A stretch of 64,000 nt of DNA from Perna viridis (GCA_037379345.1 CM074518.1:4650001-4714000); one strand, 5' to 3'. Counted from the stretch's first letter, positions 40,826-53,631 are shown. The notes: generated by a model not told the origin, from the letters alone. Program-made: numbers and translations.

Positions 40826-43587
40826 ACTATGATCATGTAATAGCAGTTTATGGGAAATAAACAGAAGCGGAACTTACCATAAGAGGTCCTAGCTACATGC
40901 ATGTCTAGACTAGAGTGCCTTGTTGTTCGAGATTCCAGAGTGTTACTTATTTAAGGGCTTGTGTGTTGAAGAATCAACAATGAAGAACTATGTTAGATTG
41001 AGATAGATGAAACCATTGTTTAAAAGTATGTGTAACATGTGTGTTGAAATGAGAATTTGTTTTTATTGGGAGGTACAATTTATTTTTGTTGGGAGGTACA
41101 ATTTATTGGGAGGTACAATTTATTAGGCACAATACTTCTAGTAGCTGTAAATATTAACCAATAATAAACCAAGTTAGCCACGAATACTTGTTGATTACAT
41201 GAATATATCGGGTGTTTTCATGTATTAAGTCAATGTATTTACACAACCTACATAAAATAAGGATAATGTGGTTTTATAGGAGTTACATTGATAGTATAAG
41301 TTAAAAATGTTGTGAAGGCAACAGTTTTTTTTTTAAATAATATGTTTTTCAACATGGCCCAACACCAAACCTCGGACTCTTGCAAATAATGCTCGTATTT
41401 GGCATTGAAAATGGATTACCATTTGAAACATAAAGACTATAGGCTGTTTTTAATAGTTTTACTTCTATCAATAAACATGGGGCGTGAAATGAAAATCTGT
41501 CAGCTTTTCCATTGGACAACTTGAAATAAGAAATTTCGCTATCTGAGAAAGTTGTCCAAGCTTTCTCATTTTTATTGGTTATCAATATTAACTTATTTTT
41601 TTTAGTCAACTTCAAAAATCATGTTTTCAAATGAATTTGATAAATTTTACATACCTATTATGCATTTAATATTTTACTTTTATTTTACTACGGTAAGCGG
41701 GTATAAAAAAATTCCCGGAAAATTTACGACACCAATTTTAAGAGTTGACTGTATTTGGGTCACTGCTAATGCGTTCAAAGGATTTTGGGGTCACGAAATT
41801 ACTTTCAATTGCTGTTTGGCTGATAATACCATTGATCTGACGTAGAAATTAACATTAAATACCTATCATTTATCCCTTCTCGTCATTAGTTACAAATCTG
41901 ACCGAGTTCCTAGAACCAGACATGCAGACAGGTGTTGACAGCTGAACTGACATTGTAGAAAAGCTTTGCATTGGTCTTGATGAATGGTTAAAAGCCGTTA
42001 ATTGGTCGAAAGATCGGTGAGGGTAGCAAACACTTGAACAGTTTTCTTCAAAATTCGCTTTCCAATTAATTTTAACCGAAAAATAAGATACGTTTGTCTT
42101 TTGTTACTTCTTTGACAAACCTTTCTTATTTTTCCTAAAGCTAAAGAGACGGCATTCGATAGTTTTTTTTTCTCCAAATACGCCACTTTTTGCGGTCCCG
42201 CCATTCTGTCGTCACAAAAATCAATAGAAAATTATGTCCACTAGCAAAAAAAAAAGCTTTCAATGTACTTTAATACCCTTGCAGAGTAAAGCGGTAGGTA
42301 AGCAAGTAGAGGAGCGCAATTTGTTCCCATTGAAATGCCGACCGTTTATTGAAAAACGAGTCCAGCACACTGGACATATATGTACTTAAACAAAAATGTA
42401 TCTTAACATTTATATGTCAGAGTGCATAGATAGTGCCATAACTATAGTATTCAAATAGTGACACTTGCCCTGATGTAAACAAAAGAAGATCAGGACATTA
42501 TGCCATATATATCAGGTTGACAGTGGACACCCTCGTTCAGGTGCTATTTAAGCACTGAATATCTATTAACATTTGGATTTATAATTTCAAAGGCTTACCT
42601 GGTAATCATTTTGAATTTAAAAGAGCAGTTAGTTAGTAATCGTCAAAAAAAACAAAAACAAAAACAAACAAACAAACACATAAATGAAATAATAATTATC
42701 ACTAAAAAATGTATATGGAATAACTGCATTCATCTAAAAAACGATACGATTATTAAAATAAAAGCGATTGACATTGACATCTGCTATTATTGAACTACAT
42801 TTTATAATTGATGAAAAAGGGAAGTTTTCATCTTAAATCTTTGACAAATTTGACAAATTTGATTTTCCCTTTGGGTTTTTCGACGCAGTCGGTATAGTTT
42901 CACTTTTTACCCTTTGACCTTAAAGACGCTCTTCCATGGAACCGCAATTCACCTGATCGCAATTCTATTTTCCGATTGGCCCAATACTGATAACTTAGTG
43001 GCGTTCGAAAAAAAAACTGCATCGAAAATTTAAATGGCATGCAATGTGTTATTTCCTGTGTTAAATGTAGGAATTATAAGTGAAGAGAACACATTTTATT
43101 GCGTCGGCTATCTTTTTTTTCTTCCTATTGTAGTAAAATTCCATAGGCTCCTTGCTTGGAGTTTGACCTCCAAACTAATGGACCAGTGATCGATCTATAA
43201 CTGACATAAATGCCTGTTCTATTCATAGGACCTAACGTTCCAGGGCAAAAAGGTTTACCCTCTGCTTTGTGAAATAGATTTTTTCGACTGTTCCATTATT
43301 TTTTTTACTGTTTTCGTGTGCTGTAATTTCATGTGGTCTAAGGTTTACCGCTGTCGACACTTCTGTTACTGTTATTTTCTTCTAATAATGTATTTTTTTC
43401 AATAACAAGGGTTCTTACGGTTTCTAAGAAGTAGTAAAAGGAATAATCAGGTAACTTTTTTATAATTCCTTTTTTAAATAACTTTATTATATAACAATAC
43501 GAATTAAAATTTAAAGACAAATCATACTATTGTTTATGCGCATTGTATGGCGCAAACTTTTATATCGTCGTCAATTTGTGACGTCGC

Positions 43588-44670
43588 TTTTTGCTCGAAT
43601 TTCGCGATTTATCGCGAAAAGCCAAGTGAGCTTATGCCATCGTCGTCGTCGTCATCGTCTTCGACGTCGTCATCGTGGACAAATTTAAAAAAAAAAATCT
43701 TCTCCTCTGAAACTACGGGACTGACAGGTTTTAAACTTAACATGATTGTTCCTTAGAGTGTTCTGCACAAAATAACCATTGGGATTTTTGATCCATGAAA
43801 AAACATGGCCGCTGTTACTAAAAATAGAACATAGGGGTCAGATTGCAGTTTTTGCAAATAACTCAAAAACCGTCGCCTTTAGCAAATTTCTGGCGGAGTA
43901 AAATTGTTCAACATCATGAGATGGACCTATGCCAAAATTTGCAAAACGATTGGTCAACTGAAACACTTTTTTTTGTATTTTCGCATGTGCAACTTTGAAA
44001 ATCTTCTTCTCAAAATCAAAATCCATTGCGCAGAATTCAATGAAAGTTGGCATTTCTGTTTCTTAGGGTATCGCACACAAATTGACCATTGGATTGTTGA
44101 TTCTTGAAAAAACATGACCGCCATTACTAAAATAGAACATAGGGGTCAAATGGTAGGTTTTTGCAAATAACGCAAAAACCGTTGCCTTTACCAAATTTTT
44201 GACATGGGTAAAATTGTTCAGCATCATGAGAAGGACCAATGCCGAAATTTTCAAAGCCATTCATTGACTGATGTAGGAGTTACGGCTCCTGAAACAGTTT
44301 TTATTGTTTTTTTTTTCACATGTACAACTTTGAAAATCTTCTCCTCTAAAACCATTTAAGATCATTGGATGAAATTAATAAGCATAATAGTTCTTTAGTG
44401 TATTGTGCTCAAAATGACTGTTGTGATTTTTAATCCGTGAATAGATATGGCTGCCTATACTAAAAATGGAACATAGGGGTTTTTGAAAAAAATTCAAAAA
44501 TTGTTGCCTTTAGCAAAATTCTGGTTCAGGTAATGAAAATGCTATGAAAAGCATTTCCTGCATTTGACAATTTAGTTGATTTTAACTTAGCCTGTCTCAT
44601 TCCTCAAGTTTTTCAAATAAGCAAATGGTTAACCAGGTGAGCGATTCAGACTCCCTTGAGCCTCTAGTTT
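43588..44670 (+). mobile_element. Helentron-associated (HINE/DINE-1-like) non-autonomous element with ~3 internal ~305-335 bp repeats
   Basis: 5' gtgagcttatgccat plus (CGT)n microsatellite; aaatagaacatagggg-type motif at ~43822, 44130 and 44463; 3' caggtgagcgattcagactcccttgagcctctagtt. Confidence 0.75.
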
Positions 44671-44907
44671 TTGGATATTGAACATTAATTTGTGTATATT
44701 CTATGGAATATAAACTTGAAAGTGCAAAAAAAGAATTCGGAGTTGCCGCTTCCTGGTTACCGAAAAACAACATTGGACATTTCGTATGTCGATTTCATGA
44801 ATATTTAGAGAACTGTATATCTATAATCGTGAAAAACTGTTCAAAATGGTTTATTTATAAAGGTTTCTAACGTCAACATTGGAAATGGCGGGAAAGTAAA
44901 GCCAAAG

Positions 44908-45329
44908 ATGTGCGTCTATATTGACGGTTGGTGCCGACGGATTGGGAAGATCGGTTCAACAGTCACGTACGAAATTTACGTTAAAACTGATAACACAAAA
45001 AGGGAACTGCTGCCATAGAAGCTTTAAAAACGCAAATCGGGAAAATATCAATGAACCGATAAAATCCGATAGTGAATACGTAATCCGTGAAATTACTAAA
45101 GAAATTGAGTACTTGAGATTAAACCATTGGAAAGTTAAAAGCACAAACACTGCCCTTAAAAATAAAGAGTTACAGAGGCAAATTGAATATTAATTCAAAT
45201 GTTACATGGACCCACGTCATAAGAGAATCAGAAGAGGGCCAGATGATTGCCGACCAGTTAGCAAGAAGTGCGTACGATGAAGCGAATAAGATATCTAGGG
45301 ATATAACGAAACGTACGGATTTTCAGTGA
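44908..45329 (+). pseudogene. RNase HI-like pseudogene (three frameshifts)
   Basis: Stitched frames give VYIDGWC / REL.AAIEAL / IKSDSEYVI / HWK..KNKEL / VTWTHV / ADQLARSA; all four acidic catalytic positions are present. Confidence 0.75.
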
Positions 45330-47358
45330 ATTTTCACGACACATAATTTTGTAGCTGAATTATTCAAGAGTTTACAATTGAAAAAATGAAACTAAATACT
45401 TATATCCGAAGTAAAAGTTAGCGAACAATAGATGGCCGATAGGAGTTTTTGAAAAAGTAAATAATGTCTGTCGAAAAATAAACAGACTTAATTCTAACCC
45501 TGTTTGTCCCCGTTGACTTCAATGTTAATAATCAAAGTGCTGAAGCACAGAGTCAAGGAAGACCTCAAATTTATCCAAAAAAAAATATTCATGTAACAAA
45601 ATTGTAAGCTAAATACACCGATCAAAAACTTACTCATTTTAAAGAAATAATCATTTGTTTTAATGCAATGCATATTATACTACTTGTTTATCAATGTATT
45701 TTTGGATCTTCTTTTGTACTGTTACTTTTGGTATTCCTGGCTGTGTGCCTGTATGTTCTCAAATCATGACACTTTACACTTAAATCAGCATTTCTTAAAA
45801 AATATGAAATCCACTGGGAATCACTGACTATCAATATTAGATGAATTTGCAAAGTAAGAATGGATCCAGACTTTGAAATTTCGGGTTGGAAATGCGTGCA
45901 GTAGAAATGAATCCCGCGGACTGGAGGAGGTTGAACAAGTGCCTAATCTAAAGGAAGGAGCAAAAAGCTTCTCCTTATGTGCGATCACTTTTACAGGGAA
46001 TTTGTTTGTAATAGAATAAATCAACAAATAAGTCTATATTTTTAATTTTCGAAAATAATTTACTAACACTTGTCCTTGTCATTATTGTCTAAATCAGGGC
46101 CTAGGTTGAACTTGTCGAAAATGTGCACGTTTTTACAATAAATGATTACCTTTATTGAGGAAATTTTCAATGCAAACGAGGATACAAACTCGTGTCGTAA
46201 AAAGTACTCATAGATTTGAGGGATTTAAGATTCCAATTGGAAAGTCAAGGATATAGAGATGTGGTTAATACAGGAAATATGATGGACTTTGAGTATAATT
46301 CCATCTTTTCTTCTCTCCAAAGCAAAAAGGTTACTAGTGAACCCATACCCCATGAGTATGATAAATCACTATTTCTCATAAGCTGAGTGTTTTATACTTG
46401 TCAGCCCTCAATAATTTATGTGCATTTCATTCATTTTTTCTGCATGTTTTTTTTTCACAAATATGTACACTTGTAAAGATAACAATGCAAGCATCTCTTA
46501 TGTTTTGCAAATTAATTTGCTAAGAAATCGGGATTCAGTTTTGTATATTTTTTTAGATGTTGACATATACACAAACAGGTGCTTCATGCTACTGATACAT
46601 GTACCAGCACTTGAGAGTTACGAACTTTGCTTCATGTTTAATAGTGTACCAGCACAAAAAAAGTTTTATTTTTGCTTTCTTCTCACTACATCTAGTGAAA
46701 CTTCTACGTGATGACAACTGAAAAGGAACCAAGGAAACCAATCATAACAGTCTTTGATAAATGCAATATATTACAAGTACAGAAGTACAGAAACCTCCTC
46801 CTGTTGGGAAATATTATTATATATACTGATAATTTCGTGCAAAATCAGGCACAGGTTTTTACTAGTTTGAAACCGCCCGGCCAATATTCCCACAGTGATC
46901 AATACTGGTCGATTTAGATTTCGGTCATTATTTATATTTTTTGTTCTACGTTCTACATTTAAAAATGTTAATATGATAAGTATCTACTATATTTCAGTGT
47001 TCTAAAGTTATATTCTTAAAATATCTATCATCTGTATTAATTAAGAAAAAAATAAATAAACATTCCTTCCTCGAAATAAGTAATAATTTTAATTGTTTTA
47101 ATTAATTCAAAGATAGTTCCTCATATGATACATAATGTATATCGATTATTGCCCGTAAATTCTCAATATAAACAAGGAACTCGGTACTCAAGCAAACCGA
47201 TTGTTTCAAATAATTTCAGTGTTGATATGAGGAAGATTTGTTTTTAAAACACATGATAAGGAAATAATAAAAAAAAAAAACACGTTGCACAGATGAACGA
47301 AGGTCATGATTATGAAAGGTAAGCAAGTATCAATGTAAAAGTTGTATTAACATTCTCA

Positions 47359-48330
47359 AGCGCCCTAGACCACTCGGCCAGCTATATAGCCTAGCTGGCC
47401 GAGTGGTCTAGGGCGCTGGACTTTGTGCAGGCGGTGTTGCCAAGTTCGAGTCCCGTGGAGGGAACGACCAAAAATTTGCATCGCAAATTTGACAGTTCTA
47501 ACATCGTTGGGAATTTTTCAGACCTTTCTATACGTTTACATATCTTCCCTGTATCAATTTGATCCGATGCAGTGGATGCAAATTTTTGGTCGTTCTCTCC
47601 GCGGGACTCGAACTCGCTGTGACATCTATGGCAACACCGCCTGCACTAAATCCAGCGCCCTAGACCACTCGACCAGCTAAGCTATATAAAAATATCGCTT
47701 TCGCTGGCCGGGTCATTCCTCCTCGTAGGATTAATCTAGGGCTGTAACTTAGTACACGATGTATGGTAGTACGGGACAGTTCATCTAGGTGTTATTATGT
47801 AGGATGGAGGATCAAATTAATGATGCATGTCACAACAAATCAATATTATACAACGTCTCAGAATGTGACGACTCTATTCGCTACACTGCTCCATCGGATC
47901 AAATTGATACAGGGAAGATAACGTAAACTTATAGAAGGGTCTGAAAAATTCCCAACGATGTTAGAACTGTCAGATTTGCGATGCAAATTTTTGGTCGTTC
48001 CCTCCGCGGGACTCGAACTCGTACCGCTGTGAAATCTATGGCAACACCGCCTGCACTAAATCCTATATTTTTATATAGCCTAGCTGGTCGAGTGGTCTAG
48101 GGCGCTGGATTTAGTGCAGGCGGTGTTGCCCTAGATGTCACAGCGGTACGAGTTCGAGTCCCGCGGAGGGAACGACCAAAAATTTGCATCGCAAATTTGA
48201 CAGTTCTAACATCGTTGGGAATTTTTCAGACCCTTCTATAAGTTTACGTTATCTTCCCTGTATCAATTTGATCCGATGGAGCAGTGTAGCGAATAGAGTC
48301 GTCACATTCTGAGACGTTGTATATATATAT
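47359..48330. mobile_element. Tandem and inverted array of a ~405-bp tRNA-Leu-derived unit (retrozyme / non-autonomous PLE-like)
   Basis: Segments: - (47359-47384), + (to 47573), - (47575-48063), + (48064-48330); period 405 bp (47575 to 47980); ends in (TA)n. Confidence 0.8.
48078..48172 (+). other. tRNA-Leu(TAG)-derived head with Pol III A and B boxes (not a functional tRNA)
   Basis: A box TGGTCGAGTGG at 48085-48095; GGCGCTGGATTTAG as in tRNA-Leu; B box GTTCGAGTCC at 48152-48161; anticodon and acceptor stems do not close. Confidence 0.75.
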
Positions 48331-48480
48331 GTAAGATTAATCGTCTAAATAAAATTCAACAATCACTCTTACGGGGTGATGGATCGTTAAAAAACGATGC
48401 GAAACATAACAATAAATTAAATATACGTCTAAATATGTTTAACATCACCAGAAGATGGTAAAATTTACATTGAATATGAG

Positions 48481-48528
48481 TTTTATGCTGATGAAGGATA
48501 TCAGTTATCTGAAATATTCAATGTAAAT
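48481..48528 (+). ncRNA. Candidate minimal hammerhead ribozyme remnant
   Basis: CTGATGA (48488-48494), stem II AG(G)ATA/TATCT, GAAA (48511-48514), palindromic AATATT then C; stem I is weak. Confidence 0.45.
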
Positions 48529-50249
48529 TTTAACATATTCTGGTATAAAAATTTGACACTTTTCAGTTCATCCAAATAGGACATCTTCTCTCCATTGTTT
48601 ACTTGCAAAACAAGAAGAAATCTGAACTTGACTTAATTGTTCGTTGCTTGGATGTTGGTGAATGGTAGTCATACAACGTCTCCTATTTTTATATTATAGT
48701 AAGTGACATTCGGAAAATACTCCAAGTTTTAGATTAATGTCTAGAAAGAATCAATGTACCCTCTAGCGATTGGTCAATGGTGACATCACCGTGCTCTTCA
48801 TTCAAACTCCTGCATCTAAATAGAAAACAAAATATTACCCCACAATCTTCATCTTTTTGTCAACGAAGACAAATTCCTAATTTGATCAAGAGACCATCAG
48901 TTAAAATGAAGATATCTAGAACACGTAGAATTATTAGAAGATAAAATATATGTACATGTACAACTACATATTAGCAAGCTGTTAATATTTTAGTACTACG
49001 TTTAAATTTATAAATAAATAGACCAATAGCCTACCGTACGGGACAGAAACGTTAACTGTTTGTAGCGCGTTTTTGTTTTTGTATTATTATCAAATAAACA
49101 TATACATTGTAACTTCGCCCCCTCTTAAAATGATTGAAATGTAAGTACCGGACAGACAACTACATCAAAGTAAAAGCAAGATCACATTTAGAACGAGAAA
49201 CAGGTTATTGTTCCATAACCTGTCCCTCGTTCTAATTGTGGTTACAAAAAATGCTGGAACGTACAAAAACTATACCAGACACCAAAAATAAGACGAAATT
49301 AATGTAATATAACGAGAGTGAATATGGAGCGACTACAACTCCCCCGTACGAAAAATGTCAGCTCAGTGCCATCCGTGGGTATTCAATAAACGACGATGAA
49401 ACCTCAACACCAAAAGGCAGGCTAGCCAAATAGACATACTGGTACAGCGAAAAGGTTGCCCTTATAGGCTCCAGCAACATAAAAGTAAACTGAAAATGAA
49501 AAGGAAACAAGACATACAGAGGCCAGAAATTTCTGACCTTGGAACAGGCGCAACGAAACATGTACTTCTGTGTCAATTACTTTAAGAAAAAAAATTCAAT
49601 TCGGAAGAATATTAATGAAAAAAATACAAAAAAAATGTAAAGATTAAAAAGATAAGTATAAGAAAGGTGTCATAGAGACTTCACTCAATGTACGAGTAAA
49701 AACTTTTTTATTTCGCGATTTTCACTATAAAATAATACTTATTCCGGTCTTAGAAAGGGTATATAAATATTGGCTCATGGAATATAAATCATAAGCTGTG
49801 AATGTGACATTATATACCCTGTCTAAGGCCGGAATAACATATAATATCCTTTACGAATGAGTCTTTTCAAGGTTTAGTCAACTTATTGGGTGAGCATTGA
49901 GCTTTCCGTGCTTTGTAAAGAATATTGCCAGGAAATAAAAGTTGAGAGATATCCACACGTGTTAATCGTACATCTGTTTTTGAAAATGAGTTCAGTTTAT
50001 GGGTCGAACAATTTTGTAGATTTTTTTTACGAGCTTGTGATATCGAACACCTTGATGTACATGTAGTAAATTTTCGTTTGTATAAGATTACTTTCGTGAA
50101 AATCCGAAACATAGTTACAAATTCGAGCAAATCGAATCTATTGTGATATGTAAACACTATATGATGGTGACAATGGGACATCAACATCCAACAGATAGTT
50201 ATGATTAATGATAGCGAAAGAAAAGTAATTTTAATACTAAGTTTACCAT

Positions 50250-50600
50250 TATTGATATGAATACTTAGACGAAGAAACGGACATGTTTAATTATCAGTAT
50301 TTGCTTTGTTCAAAGAAAATGCTGTTGAATATACATCTTTATTACTTATATTCAAGTCGTCGTTGTTAAGAGCCAAAACATCGTCCAAATATCTGAAGGC
50401 ATTATTAAACTTTTTCTACCAAATGTTATTTTGAAGGGTATTTTCCTATTCTTGCCAAACAATTCGATCCATAATTATATAGAAAGATCCACAATCACCA
50501 AGTGGTGCACAATTGGTCGCCATGGGAATTTCAATAACTTGACGATAAAAGGTATCGCCCAAGCGAACGAAAATGTTGTCTAACGAGAATTCGAGCCTGT
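50250..50600 (-). mobile_element. Decayed PLE reverse transcriptase core fragment
   Basis: LDNIFVRLGDTFYRQVIEIPMATNCAPL and FRYLDDVLALNN. Confidence 0.8.
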
Positions 50601-51460
50601 AAGTCTATCAAAAGAAGTCCAAATTAGTATAGTTTCCAAGTTTAATACCTAAAAGAATTCGAACAAATATATTCACATCCCGATTTATCGAAGGACTACT
50701 TGATAAGATAAACCGATTTTTGTTTTATGAGATTGTAGGGAAATACACACCATATATATATATTTAAGCATAAATGATCATCCCGGAATCATTTATGCTT
50801 AACTGGGAATACGGAAAAGGTGCACAGAAGGAGTATGTGTACTCTACGACATCATGAACAAATTTCTTTTTAATGATCAACGAGGTTGTTATGTTTACCG
50901 TAAGACCTTGCTGAAATAATATACATACTAAATATTCGTACCTTGAAAGAATTTTTAATTTAGCACGATACAAAAATCCGTATCGCTACGAAAGGCTTTG
51001 GTATATATACTAAAAGACATGTCGAAATTACTTAGTACGCACACAGTTATATCCAGGAGTACTGTCCCATCCACTAACTTACTCCATTAGGCATATTCGG
51101 AATGATTTCCATTGTTCCGTAGGCCTCCCATTTATGAAGCAATTTGTCGATAAAACTGAAATATTTTTTTATGTCTATACTACAAGGAAGACCTTTTTTG
51201 TATTCAAATTATGTTTTGCTTTTTGTTTTGTTTTTGTTTTTGTCTTTTCGTTTTGTGCGTTTTAATTCTTCAAACTCCTTCTAAATACATGAAAATAATG
51301 AATTCATATTAATGGTAGACTATCATTGTTAGAAAATCAATGCTTGCTACCTCCATGACAGTTTAGGAAATTAAGAGAATGATCAACGCAGTACAATGTA
51401 GCAGTTTGTTTCCACTGTAAATACAAAAATGTAATTACACATCATCTTTTAGCTTATACT

Positions 51461-51542
51461 CTGAAGTTTGATTTATTCACAAGAACACAAAGAAAACTCC
51501 TACTTGGTACAACTTTAGTTTGGGTCTTTTTGCCATATTCAG
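51461..51542 (+). CDS. Putative signal-peptide exon of the Ig receptor gene
   Basis: LKFDLFTRTQRKLLLGTTLVWVFLPYS ending at a phase-1 donor AG|GTAAGA; no in-frame ATG. Confidence 0.5.
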
Positions 51543-51882
51543 GTAAGATTATAACTCACTCCACGTTATAGAACTCTATAACTTTTATCTACCATACATG
51601 TAGTATTTTGTACTTTGACGCTTTTCGTACATTTGCATTATATTAAGAACATTTTGTCTAGACAAAAATATATTGTAGATCATTTAAAAACAAAAATACT
51701 TATTCAGGGATAACATAATGAATGTTCAGTGGCATACAGATACAGGTACATAATAGCTAGTGTTTGTTTAACAATGCATGTATTTTCTTGGGGCTACCTG
51801 TCTTTTTCTTCGTTTACTATTTCTTCACCGACTGACATTCTTTTTTATTTATATGTTTAGTCAAAGTTTTGTTTACTTAAAG

Positions 51883-52185
51883 TTCTAAATTGTACGAACA
51901 CGACCACAGTGATCGGAACAGTGGGTGGAAGGTCTACACTACTTTGTGACTTGAGACCAACAGACTCAGTGGTACAATGGGTCCGATTTGGTAAAATACT
52001 ATCAAATGGTAATGATATAAATATTAACATCAATGGATCGAGTCGTTATACCATATTGGGAGATGAAACAGGGGAGTTTAATCTGATGATTAAAGGAACT
52101 CAGATGTCAGATGTAGGGATATATCGATGTGATAGCCGAGTCAACGAATACGCAATTACATGTTATGTTAACCTGAGTGTAACAG
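51883..52185 (+). CDS. Immunoglobulin V-set/I-set domain exon
   Basis: G..TLLC, VQW, RY, FNLMI, SDVGIYRC and VNLSVT; phase-1 acceptor AAG at 51880-51882 and donor G|GTAAGT. Confidence 0.85.
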
Positions 52186-52802
52186 GTAAGTTAAGCTCGG
52201 TTTATCACAGTACTGTTTGACATATACGAATTATTGTATACTTTCTTAATTTTCACATCTTCAAACTGTAATTTTAGTGTTTCTTTTATTAACAAATCTG
52301 TTTTAAGGTTGGAATTACATGTAACGTAAAGTTTACGGAGAGTTTGCATCCTCAACATGATTCACCTCCACAAGAAACATACTCTAAAGGTACATGTTTT
52401 TTGTACATGTGTAGATAGATATTGTTCCATGCTACTTCCGGTACATTGTTAGTTTGTAAAAGGACTAGGTCTGGATCACAATTCTGATTTTGTTAATCTT
52501 TGTTTTCATGTTTTATTTTACTTTCCGATGACCAATTCTGTCAATAAAAAATTCTGTAACTGAAGTGCATTTGTTTCGTTTCCTTATCTACGGAGTACTG
52601 ACATGGATGGTAGATTCTTGTTTATTTTATTTTCTAATCTGTAAACTTTTGTTATGTTTTATCAAGACCTATTAAATCTTTTACTGGTGTGATCATTACA
52701 AGCTTCGTTTGTAAATTTGATAAGCCGTGTCCTGCATAGTCCTGCATAATCCTGCGTAAATTGACTTGTCAGTTATGCAAATATGCACAGTACTCTGGAA
52801 AG

Positions 52803-53319
52803 TTTGTTTGTTTGTTGGGGTTTAACGTCCGAGCAGCAATATTTCAGCTATATTCAGACGATGAACATGAAATTGATGATAAAATGAGCATGAAATGATG
52901 ATGAAACGAAAAAGGGATGGGACACAAGGACAATGGGGTCGACAAATTTTGATTGCCACTGGAAATAGGGAGAGTTGGGTAGGGTCGGGCAATTTAGCCT
53001 CCTGTGGCGGAGCCCTATGGTTCCTACTCCGGGGGAATACCACAGTAGGGTTCTTTAACGTGCGAGGAACGTGGCATCTTTCCCAACACGGTGCACCACT
53101 ATGGTTTGTGGTCAGGTTTCCCGTATTATAGCCTGACAACCCCAGCATGTAACACGCCAGGGGTACCCCATTCCACCACCTGGGGCACACATCCCAGTTG
53201 CTCTGTGGGCAGAGCGCCCTAGCCCCCGGCTAGGGTTCTGAGCACTATTTAGTCGCCTTTTACGACAAGCTTAGCGCTGCTGCAGGCCTATTCTTTTAAC
53301 ACCCGGACCTGCACGGGGA
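52803..53319 (-). mobile_element. SINE copy 3, full length, in an intron of the Ig gene
   Basis: Perfect 12-bp TSD tactctggaaag (52791-52802 / 53320-53331); (CAAA)n tail. Confidence 0.95.
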
Positions 53320-53631
53320 TACTCTGGAAAGAGATTCAGATTTTATTTAGTAGTCCTCATGCCTTTTGAAAATGTTCACACCCTGGCTAGCAGAGCTGAT
53401 ATTACCAATCTCCTCAGCATACAAAATAAACGCATCTTGATTTACTACAAATTACTTTGTTAGGATGGGAATATTGTTCGTATGGCAGCTCAATTTGTTG
53501 CACGGTATTGATATGCTTGAAGATGTTAGGTTCAGTACTGAGTGCGATGGAGAAGTTTGAAATAACAAATATTCTACTGAATAGACGATTGCTTTGTAGT
53601 AGGCAGATTTAAATGTAGAAGATCAGGCAAA

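Noticed and set aside
38400-42210. Short ORFs at 38462-38770, 41349-41615 and 41998-42204
   Set aside because: No recognisable motifs or splice structure; cannot be supported without a search.
48078-48172. Functional tRNA-Leu gene
   Set aside because: Only the D-arm and T-loop are tRNA-like; the anticodon and acceptor stems do not pair, and it is part of a repeat.
51905-51945. CACAGTG heptamer in the Ig exon as a V(D)J recombination signal
   Set aside because: No ACAAAAACC-like nonamer at 12 or 23 bp, and only one V exon is present.
52308-52389. Possible stalk exon of the Ig gene
   Set aside because: The open frame ends in phase 1, but the available acceptors are not phase 1, so it cannot join the Ig exon in frame; left unannotated.
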